64,000 bases of DNA from Lama guanicoe (Eukaryota): contig MU056050.1 in assembly GCA_013239625.1 (NCBI GenBank), forward strand, positions 5,527,366 through 5,591,365. The letters are read 5' to 3'. The notes under the pieces are model-generated. The model saw nothing but the letters and a program-made list of their open reading frames with translations, did no database searches and was not told the DNA's origin. Positions 53,534-64,000 of the stretch are shown piece by piece. The translations under genes and the position numbers were made by a program. Every line of letters begins with the position of its first letter. Within the stretch, counting starts at the first letter, position 1.

Positions 53534-54334
53534 AAAAAGAGTGAAATTTCCAAGTGGTAGTCTTCTTTGTTGATGTTGCACAAACAAGTATTGGGTACCT
53601 TGATATTCTTGTTAATGGTGCCCTCGATAGAGATGCAGTTTCTAGATGGGCAGTTTCCAAGTTCAATGTTTTAGCCAAATCTCATTCAGTGTAAAGGAAC
53701 AGGAAGCCATGAAATGTAACTCAAGTATAAACCACCCTTTAGAAGTTAAATAAAGGAACAGCCTTATGAGAACAAGGGTGTGTAGTGAGGGTAGGTGGTG
53801 AGGGCAGCAGTAAGCATTAACTTGGTGAACTACATGAGGATTCACTGGTCAAAACCAGGAGGAAGCCTGTGAAAGGCTCCAAGTATATAATGCCGACAAA
53901 AACTTAATCTTCCTCTCACCAGGAGCAGAGTTCGGGATCGCTTGTTAGGGACAGCAAATAGACAGTGCATGTGTTCTCTCCTCCAAGGCCCATGACAGCC
54001 ATCAGTAATTGATCACAGCACCACAGAAGTCTTCTCCAAAGTGTTCCAAGTAGTTATTGCTAATAATTGCATGTTGGAATGGGATGAAATCATTTCCCAT
54101 GACTGGCTTAAGTATTTCCTGTATCTCGTCTTGGAAGTGGGTCAAAGACAATACTAAAGGTGCAGATATCAGTGAACCCAGCTCTTCAAAAGCTGACTCA
54201 TGTAAAAACACTACAAATGAGGTGAGCAGGTTAAGACGGAAGAAAACATCATATGTGTGTTTGGGTATGTCTCTCTGCACTCTTCCGACTCATACCCACC
54301 CACCACAGAAATCAGCACGGCATGTACAGGAACA

Positions 54335-54545
54335 AGCACACCACTTGGAATCAAGCACCTGTAGATGAAAATCCAGATTCCACAATTTACAAGCCTTCGG
54401 TGAGTTATTTAAATGTTTAAGTGTCAGAAATTCATCTGTAAAATGAGGCTATTCAGATCGACAGGACCAGAGTGACAAGATGATTAAATTATCCAATATA
54501 TGCGAAAGCTTGGTACCTAGCACATGGTCGGTTCCTGATAAATGC
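54335..54545 (+). mobile_element. MIR SINE
   Basis: gagttatttaaa...tcatctgtaaaatgagg...gattaaatt...aaagcttggtacctagcacatggt. Confidence 0.65.
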
Positions 54546-55023
54546 TGAACAAGGAAGAAGTGCAGAGTAAAATGATTTGAAAACTGTCAGGCAAACCCCA
54601 GATTTTCATGATCACCATTCATTCTCTGAATTCTCGTGAGCACCCAGGAGATTATATAAAAAACAAATTTTTATAAAGCAGCATAAAGTCCAGAAAAGGC
54701 AAATCACAGGATGATGTGATCTTGGCCCAAGTCCGGTTCTAAATCTAGGGAAAAGCCAGGAGTTGTGAATCCCACTTGACATTTACGAGTGGTGCCTGTG
54801 ATCCCTGGATTTAACTCTGTCCTGGCCTGGAAACGATTCTACCTTGCCTCTGGGATTTCCTGGAAAGTGATTATTTTAGACTGTCAGGGATCGCCAACAG
54901 ATCCCGAGGTCATACAAGTAGCACCCTTCACTAATGAGGCAGAGAAACACTGCAGGTCTCCACCTCGCCTCCACTACCCTCCACTGGCAGAAACAAAACA
55001 CAGACCAAATTCCACATTTTAGC

Positions 55024-55042
55024 TTCAACTAGGTGGCGCCTA
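55024..55042 (+). promoter_or_regulatory. CTCF-like binding motif
   Basis: ttcaactaggtggcgccta closely matches the CTCF core CCAC[CT]AG[AG][GT]GGCGC and retains a CpG in CpG-poor DNA. Confidence 0.55.
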
Positions 55043-57189
55043 GAGGCTCAGTGTCATACAATCACTTTTTGAATATAACCTAAAATTGTACTTTCCCAGA
55101 CACATTTCTCAGGTCTCTTGCAGGATCACAAGGTCAAAACCACATTTTCCCCCCTTAAAGGTACCTGGAAAGTCTTTTTTGCCGTGTGTCCCAAAGGGAA
55201 AATAAAGAGCTTCCTAGCATACAGCTGTAATAATTGGGAATCCTTCAATGCTCTGCAGAGACTAATCTGACAGCATACCTTGTTTGCATCAAAAAGCATC
55301 ACATTAGTCAAAGCCTCAGCTATTTGCAATGCAGTTCAGTGCTTTCTTCTTTATCTGAATAGGCCCATCTTGCATGCCAAACAACCCTTGATTTTTCATG
55401 GTATTGGAGGAAAGTCACAAAATTTCTAAAAGGGGAAATTGTATAAACGCATTCACATCTGGCTCTGGGATGTATGATATTTATACAGATTTTTTTTTCC
55501 TTCGCTGCAGCTTTACCTTCTGGGATTTTGCTTGGATTAATAATAAAATTAGTACATTTGCTAATGAGAATCATGGGGTTATAAGACTCCGAATGCTGGA
55601 TCTGGGGCATTCTAAATTGGCAGCAGCTAATCCATAAAGTGAACACCACACATGGAAGCAGTTGAGAGGTAACATTATTCACAAGAGGAGGTGCGGAAGA
55701 TAATAAGCCTTCCGTCTACTGCAAATAATTTTCTATCCCTCACTTTGGGGTTCTCAAAAAGACTCTTCATTTCAATGCCATTAATTTTTGAGAACACTTC
55801 TTGCCCTCTCTCCTGCTCAGTCCTATCGGGAACCAGGGAGCCTCTGCCAAGGCTCTCTGCTCGTTTTTTTTTTCTGAAAGCTTCTGCCTGCCTTACTCTA
55901 CCCTCTTAACAGCTCCGTTCAACTGGCCCTTCCAAGTGAGACAAATGACCTCAGAAAATGTTCCGTGCTTTGTTGAGAGAGTTGCCGAATAATATAGGAC
56001 ACCGAAGACCCGAAGCCATATGAAGTGAAGACTTAATGGCTAAGCTTCACACAATGGCTGCACTCCAGCCATCCAGAGAAACAGCCTCTTGGTCAACACT
56101 TCTACACAGAACAGATTTTAGTCCCTTCCTCATTCTAACTGGCTGCAAGAATGCCTTCCAAATCCACTCACGGCATCCCTAGGCACTGCCCTCACAGCAC
56201 CCAGAGCAAAGACAGGACATCGGATCTTACCCAGGTCGTTGCCTTTTACCCCAGGAGCTCCTTCAACTAAGTACAATTCAACTTCATGAAATGCCTGTCT
56301 TAAAGTAGAGCTTAAGTGGACCATGGGATTTCTTTCCTTCTGCACCATATCCCAGGCTCCCAGCCCGTTTTTCTTCTCAAACCATAGAGGCTACTGGGAT
56401 TTTCTCTCTCTGGAAAAAAAAATGAATAGGCTAGTAAAAGATTTAGTCTTCCGGACACTGAGCTGAGGAATGTGGGGAGAGTGACTCTGTAGGCTATGTC
56501 ATCAGTGCTCGAACGGGGCCTAGCTTTGACTAACTGCTGGGCAACTCCTCACACAATCTCAAAGGACAATGTTAAGTCAGAAACAGTCAGGCTCTTCTCC
56601 TTTATAAGCTGCCTCCACTTGAGCCCCAGAGATTAGACACGGGCATTTTTCATGGTTCATATACCACTTGTATCTCATCAACAGCTGATGAAGAAGACTG
56701 GAAATTCCTATTTAGGTTAGGGCAGAATTGGAGCTCAGCGCTTGAACACATGAATAGTGAAGGAATATACAGAGTGAATGTGGGCAGGGAGCAGGAGGAA
56801 ATTGTGCCAGATTCGTTTCCACTGTCCCTCTTGTCATTCTCTTCTGACTGTCCTCATGCTACTTGTATCTTTTGTCCTTACACAGATGCAGGGTTTCCTG
56901 TGGTGCCGCCCTCGTGCCCTCCATTGAATCTCATTTCCCATGCTGCCCAGCATCTTTTCCCAGCTGCTTTCAAGTGCTGGGACAGCTTTCACTTCACAGC
57001 TGTGCAGGCCTAGATCACAAGTCAGCAACTGGGAAAGAGGTCAAAGTTCACCCTCACAGATAACCATAACCCATCAGGTTCACACTGGGCCTCCTGCTAT
57101 TTCTTCACCTTTATACATGTAACTGCATGAATGTCTGTATGTCTGAGTCTGTCCTATATCCTCAACTGGAGGAAACTTAGTAGAGTAAG

Positions 57190-57400
57190 GTGATATAATT
57201 CAGTGGATAAAAACATGGGCTTTGGAGTCAGATAGACAAGGATTTGTGTTCTGGCTCTAGAATTTTCTAGCCACACAACAGTGGGCAAGTTACTTAAACT
57301 CCTCTCTGAAACTAGAGAAACGAATAGTGCCCCATACTGCTGTTTTGAGGATTAAATGTGATGATGCAGGTAAGGGGTCCAGAATTATACTTCGTTTACA
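57190..57400 (+). mobile_element. MIR SINE
   Basis: acatgggctttggagtcagatagac...gggcaagttacttaaact...ttgaggattaaatgtgatgatgcaggtaa. Confidence 0.8.
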
Positions 57401-60024
57401 GAAGTAGCTAAACTAAGCTATTCAAAGGTAAAAACCTGATTTATTATAGAAGATTTCTTCCCAAGCTCAATCCCATATATCCTGTAATGAAGAGCAGTCA
57501 TGATAGAGTCCAGAAGATTGAACTGGAAAGGGCCCTAGAGATCGGGCTGCCTGAGCCTCTCATTTCTCTTATTAGGAACCTGACAGGCAGAGCTAGAACA
57601 GACTTGCCCGAGGTCATTTTGGAAGAATGTGGTATACCCAGCATTGCAACTCAGGACTCATTATCCCCTTTCTTTTGTTCCGGTTTGTCTCAGTGATACA
57701 ATTTCCAGAACGCTTTTCTGCATTAGCTTTTCCAACACAGTCTGGTGGGAAAAGGGAGTGACATATCAAGCTCTGACTGATAGAGACCAAAAGCACAGGG
57801 GGCTGGCAAAAGAAAGGCAAACACCCCAATGCTCTCTGCATGGGGTGTTAGCCTGCACGTTAACTGGAGAACAAAGATGAACATACGTGTGCACATCACA
57901 CAGATGACATCACAGGGAAACGCACACTCGACAGAAGAACACTGGTCAGGCAAAGGAACAAAACGCTGCGAGTTGCAGTGCAATCTGAGTTCATGAGGGC
58001 TGAGTGGACTAATTTAAACAAACAAACTTCAGGCTCAGAAGGCTGAACAGAGGATGACATTCTGGAAAGAAATGAAGACTAAACTCTTGCATTAACTCTG
58101 CTAAAATATCTTTCCAAGCATTTTAGAATAATAGGAGCAGCAGAGGACACTGCCCTTTTCCTCCTACCAGAATCTCTTTTAGCCCCTAGAGCTCCATTTA
58201 CAAGGAAGACCACCTTGGATCTAAATCTTGGTTTCTGTGTCCTCCAAAGGCAAAGACTTTCCACACCTGCCAGGCTCTCCTGCAGCCTCCTCAGTCATCA
58301 GACCACACATTTACCACAAGAGGCCAATGCCAGAGAAGGTTTTGACAGAAGCCATTTAGTTAAAGTGCACTTTCAGCTGCCAAAAATACAAGGCAAACTA
58401 CCCTGGCCAAGTTCACACTCCTTGGGATGATCGCCGGCCCCAGGCCCCAGCTGTCCCATAGAGGGTGTCAGACTGATCCCTGCTGCAGGCAGCTTAATGG
58501 AGAACAGACAGCAGATTTCAGTAATGGATCAGCTCCTCTCCTCAGCATGCCCGATCTATAATGAAAATGAATTACTGTGTTTTAGTTCACTCAGAATAAC
58601 CAAGTATGGATTAGTCTTTGATTCTAATTTTGCAGATGCACAAATCCTATTGTCTAAGGCTTTAGCAGGACACTGTAATGTTTCAGGGCCGGATGTGGGA
58701 AAGGAAGGTGTGTATAGATTAGCCAAATGTCCATTTATTCACTGACACGGCAGGATTCAAATAATAGATCTTCAAAAACAATATGCCCTAGTCAGTCTCC
58801 TTCTCAGATGCGAACTTCCCTTCACAGGCACTAGAAGAGTGTTCTCAGCAATGCAGAGCTGCAGAATAAGCAAGGTGTCTCTGCAGGTCTCCGCATCCCT
58901 CATTAGTGTCCCGCCCCCACGTCACAGCACTCATCATGCCTGGAGCCCAGGCCTCCCCACTGCATGCCACAGCCCAACTCTTTCACTTTTTTAATAAATC
59001 CAACCAACATGTACTGAATGGCTACTGAGGGGAATCTCAAGTGTTATCCATTATTTGCACTTCCAGGGAGAATGCATATTATAGAATCCGAGACAAGATA
59101 CACAACTGGGAAGCCAGGCAGTGACCAGATTGTAAAAAGTCTGGTACACAATTATTTGAAAGTGCTTAGACATTATCATTTACGAAGTGGGTATCTTTTC
59201 GAGGTTTTAATATAGGAAACTCATTGTCAGGTTTAGAATAACTGTGCTGAAGATAGTGAAGATGACAAAGTTGACATTCAGTATCATCGTTTGTTGCAAA
59301 GGGTAGTCCGGAACCAAAGCCAGAGTTCCTGGAGAAGTAGAGTCAATTTTCAAACTCAAGCCAAATCAAAGATCAAGGCCACAGATTGAAAAAATGTAGA
59401 AACTATTACAAAATCAAGCCAAAAAGATGTCACTCATTGGCCTAAAGTGAGCTTCCCTGGCCCTCCATTCTAGTAAGGGTAGTTCAATCCAATCCTGGGG
59501 GTGTGGCTGGATTACACATCCTGAATGATTTGCAGAAGGCTTCCTTCCTACTTAGGAGGTGGAGAAACAAGGAAAAAAAGACGTGAGAAGAAAAAATGAG
59601 AAAGCTTCAAACAGTTTGATAGACAAGAAAATACTTGAGAATGCCTGCACTCATATAAGCATCCCAGCCACTCTTCCAGCCTTGACTGACAAAGAGGCAC
59701 TTTGACCACTAGGCAGTGCCTGGAAAAAATGACTTCAGATTATAGAACTGTCCCATTTCAATTCTTTCCCAATTACTCGAACTTCCTTTCTACAAAAGTG
59801 TGAGAGAGCAATAGGCCTGAGTAAGGCTTATTATAAACAAATCTCTGTATCTATTTACTTCCACAAATAAGGAGCATATGAAACCACTGAACTTTCACCA
59901 TTGTGATTTACGATGTATTCCAGAGGATCGAGTTATAGTCGTAGATCTTCACAGTGATCTTTTATTACTCTCTCTATGTGTAAGTAGTGTCAGAGTCAAT
60001 CATGAATGTGAGAAGTTTAGGTAA

Positions 60025-60483
60025 CTATTAGTCTGCTGAACTGCTGTAACAAAATATCACAAACCGGGTGCCTTAAACAACTGAAAATTTTTATCTACTG
60101 GTCCTGGAGGCTAGAAGCCTGAGGTGAAGGTGTTGGCAGAGTTGTTTCCTTCTGAGGGATGTAGGAAAGGATCTGTTCCGGACCTTTCTCGCAGATTCTG
60201 GTGGTTTCATAACAATATTCAGTGTTGCTTGGCTTGTGGCTGTATTACCCCAATCTATCTTCAGGCTCACACAGCCTTCTCCCTGCGTGCATGTCTGTCT
60301 CTATGTCCAAATTTGATTTTTTTTTTTTTAGTTAGACACAGTCACATTGGATTAGGGCACACTCTGCTGGCCTTATCTTCACTTGATCATCTGCAAATAT
60401 CCTAGTTTTAAGGTCACACCTGCAGGTACTGAATGTTACAGAGCGTCAACCTCTTTCAGGAGGACACAATTCTACCCATGACA
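60025..60483 (-). mobile_element. MLT1 (B/C-like) solo LTR
   Basis: ctgctgtaacaaaatatcacaaaccgggtgccttaaacaac...ggaggctagaagcctgaggtgaaggtgttggcag...ggacacaattctacccatgaca. Confidence 0.85.
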
Positions 60484-61139
60484 GCAATCAGCAACGTGTT
60501 TTCTTAACTTACTCCTTCAGAGGTGCCAGTTACTATGTTACATACTCTGCATATATTCTCACATATAAATCCCACAACCGCCTTCCCAGGTTAGCGTTAT
60601 TACTCGGGTTGTAGGGTAGGCCAGAGTGTAAGCTGACCCACTGGGTCAGATGAGGGAATGGCAACTAAATGCGAGAACAAGGCAAGTGCTGTTTGTTCTA
60701 CAATTAAGCAGGTAGTGATTTTTCAGAATGACTGTAACAGATGAAGTATGTCCACAATTCGGAAGTCGATCCACAGAGGAAGGACAAGGGCAACCCAAGT
60801 GCCACAAGTAGAAAATTCAAACACACTCTTACTTCAAGACCCAAATACATCTTCATACTTGTGACCAGGGAAGCATGAGCACCGCTGAGTCTCAGGTGAA
60901 ATCCTGACTCGTAGATGAGATGACAGGAAAACGGGGGTTCGGAGAGCAGCAGTCTGAGCAACTGAAGAGACCCGGGTCTCAACTATTAAACTTGATGTGC
61001 TCCTGAAATGGAGGCTGTCTTTGATATTCATTTCACATTCACTTTACATACATACATAAACACACACACCCCCCCAATCAATCAATAAGCAGGTAGACAA
61101 GCAGACACTATGTGTATAGGACATACACAAGTGGGACAG

Positions 61140-61400
61140 AATTGCACCGTGGGTGAGTACACGGTGTCTGGAGCCAGATTTGCCTGTGTTTCTATCCATG
61201 CTACAACACTCCCTTGTGCTCATACTTCCACTTAGATATGTCACAATATCCCTGAGACTTGTTTTCCTTATCTATAAAATGGGGACAAATTACAGCACCT
61301 TTCTCATGGAGTTTTAATGAGGATTAAATGACTTACTATATTTAAAGTACTTACAAAACTCACAATACACAGCAAGCATTCAGTAAGTACTATTATCTCA
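61140..61400 (+). mobile_element. MIR SINE
   Basis: tctggagccagatttgcctg...gttttccttatctataaaatgggga...tgaggattaaatga. Confidence 0.75.
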
Positions 61401-61979
61401 AATATGCAAAATACATAGATTCAAATAAACACAAATATAGTAGACAAGGGAGCCCTGATATCCCTAGAGACTGTCACATATTCCAAACTGGTGAATTTAC
61501 CTTTTATAATTTCCCTTTGAAAATGGTACAAAGTAAAGCTTGAGATACTTTATGATCCCATAACAACAGGGGAATAATCATTTCTAAAGCTATGAAAATA
61601 CATTTGGCCACTGAAATCAACTTTATTATTTTGTAGTATTAACTGAGAACTAACCTCAATCTACAAATCTGAACCAAAAGTGATGAGAAAGATCAGCTCA
61701 TATACTCGTCTGGGATACCTGCACAGTACAGAAAATGCAAACCCAAGCCCATCTGTCCCATCCACTGGAAACATCTCACTTGAAATTGAGAGGCAAATCA
61801 TACTTCATTCTTTCCTCACAGTCTGTCCCATGATTCAGTAACTCAAGGGCTGACGACCTAGGACATATTATCTTTTGGAAGCAACCAGAGTGCATTTTCT
61901 CTCCATCCTCACATCATTACTATTTTTCTGTCTACAGAGACTCCCAGAAAACACTTAGTTAGTCCCCACAAGTAAAATG

Positions 61980-62700
61980 TTATAGGCAAGCATGAAAATA
62001 AGACAAGATTAAAATGATAAGTAAAGAACATAGAAATCCAACCCAACTAATTATGGAGGTTACTGATAAAGACATCAGAAACAGTAATCAAAGACATGAA
62101 TGAAGAAAATTTTTCTGTGTTTTTTAAAAAAAAGGCAATGAAAAGAGGCCTGAACTTAGACATAACCTACCCAAAACGAATTTGCATTAGGAGAATGAAA
62201 AAAAAAATCCTGCAAGTATGCACAGAATAAAATATACTGGTTATCTATAAAGCTAAAAAATTTAAGCTAGCTTTAAACATCTCAGGCATCACACACTATA
62301 CTTCAAAAGGCAACGAATGAAGCAAAATCAACAGGATCATGAGGGGAAATATTGTGAACTAAGAATTATATACTAAGCATAATTGTCTTTTTTTTAAATT
62401 GTCTTTCACCTATAGAGGAACAGAGTCTCTCAGGTAGTCAAAGACTCAGACACTACAAAGGCTCAATTGTACTATCATATATAAACCTTATAATAAACAC
62501 TTGGACTATATATAAACAATGGATGAATATTTATGACTCAAAAACAGGGAAGTAATAATATAAAAAGAACAATGCCTTGACTACCGTAGTCAAAGACTCA
62601 GGACCTAACATTAACAATAGCAACACACGAAATTATGGTAGAACATGGTACTAACTGGAAAAAGACCTGTGTGGGAATCCAAACTACATCACTGTTTCTT
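61980..62700 (+). mobile_element. Old L1 ORF1-like / HAL1-like relic
   Basis: aatcaaagacatgaatgaagaaaatttt...aaaaaatcctgcaagtat...ttgtgaactaagaattatatact resemble the decayed ORF1 C-terminal half. Confidence 0.55.
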
Positions 62701-62843
62701 GATTGCAGAGGTCAGTAATCTGGCTCAAACTATATTTGCATTCATATCCATATTTATATTTATATTAAATAAGCTTAACCTAGTTTGAGCTGGATTTCTG
62801 TCCCTGTAATTTGTGTAAGTCTTTGTTTCTTCTTTTATAAAAT

Positions 62844-62920
62844 AAACAACCTAAATGTCCAGTGACAGATGACTGGAAAAAGAAGTTGTGGTGTGTATGT
62901 ATGTATGTGTATGTATACAT

Positions 62921-62957
<37 letters not shown>

Positions 62958-63460
62958 ATAGAATACTACTCAGCCGTAAAAAAAAAAACAAAAAAAACAA
63001 AACCATTTGCAGCAACACGGATGGACCTGGAGATTGTCATACTAGTGAAATAAGCCAGAAAGAGAAAGAAAACTACCATATATCACGTGTATGTGGTATC
63101 TTAAAAAATGACACAAATGAACTTCTTTACAAAATAAAGACAGACTCACAGATACAGAAAACAAACGTATGGTTACCAGGTGGGGAAGAGGGTGGGAAGG
63201 GATAAACTGGGAGTTTGAGATTTGCAGATACCAATTATTATATATAAAATAGATAAACAACAAATTTCTACAGTATAGCACAAGGAACTATATTCAATAT
63301 CTTATAGTAACCTATAATGAAAAAGAACATGAAAAGGAATATATGTATGTATATGTATGACTGAAACATTATGCTGTATACCAGAAATTGAGGAAACGTT
63401 GTAAACTCACTATACTTCAATTACAGAAGGAAACAAAATTTTTTTAAATAAAATAAAGAT
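62844..63460 (+). mobile_element. Short L1 3'-end insertion with an internal (TATG)n(CA)n tract
   Basis: aaacaacctaaatgtccagtgacagatgactgg; peptide IEYYSAVKK...FAATRMDLEIVIL; 3'UTR ending in tatacttcaat plus an A-rich tail. Confidence 0.92.
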
Positions 63461-64000
63461 AACAGCCATGACAATATCTGTATCATAGGTTTACAGTGAG
63501 GAAAACAAAAAATTTAAGCATATAAGCAAAATGCAGTTTTAAGAAAGCACCATAATTCAGCCAGAATGCTTGATTGCAAATTCTCTAGCAAAACCTAGAG
63601 GGGAAAAATAACATGGTTTGTACTGTATCCTTTTGAAAGGGTATTATTCATGTCATTTGGTCCCTTCCTTATCCACAATTATTAGTTAAAACAACATGCC
63701 ACATAAGATGGCATAGTCCTGGCTATGCCTCTTAAATAACTCCTAGATTTCTCCAAATGTTTAATGTACCTCATTATTCTACAGAAATACCGACCTTCTG
63801 CCTGATTTACAAGATCCTCCAAATATCAAAACACTTTGTATATCCACTGTTATTTCTGACTACCCATACTAAATCTCCATCCTAGCCTTTGTTCCTTATA
63901 CATAGATCATGCTCTATCTGGATGAGAATATATATTAAATGCAATTCTCTTGATCTAGACCATCTAATTCATTCTCTACTCCTAAGCTATATTCTATTCC

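Noticed and set aside
56941..56987. Imperfect hairpin (possible pre-miRNA)
   Set aside because: The stem is only about 15 bp with bulges and does not extend, which is too short for a pre-miRNA.
1..64000. CRISPR arrays, operons or prokaryote-type defence systems
   Set aside because: The window is mammalian repeat-rich DNA with no regularly spaced repeat-spacer arrays and no dense coding regions.

Overview
AT-rich, CpG-poor mammalian intergenic or deep-intronic DNA. The host is most likely a camelid, judged from two tRNA-Ala-derived SINEs resembling the camelid Vic-1 family. I recognise no intact protein-coding gene, rRNA, genuine tRNA or CpG island. The ORF track is explained by decayed LINE-1 frames, microsatellites and chance ORFs. 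A large share of the window is interspersed repeats: two large decayed L1s (about 3.3-8.4 kb and 44.8-47.5 kb), several short L1 3'-end insertions, older L1M/HAL1, L2, L3/CR1, MIR, MLT LTRs and hAT/Tigger DNA-transposon relics. There is one N-gap with an apparent false duplication. Points worth follow-up: (i) four short L1 3'-end insertions with nearly the same 5' boundary; (ii) a twin-primed inverted L1 with TSD and junction duplication; (iii) an L1 that keeps its 5'UTR but lost its 3' part; (iv) splice-signal-bounded exon candidates on the minus strand, possibly a lncRNA; (v) a strong CTCF-like motif among enhancer-like unique blocks. I found no convincing novel multi-gene system. All repeat family names come from recalled consensus motifs, not from a database search, and repeat boundaries are approximate.
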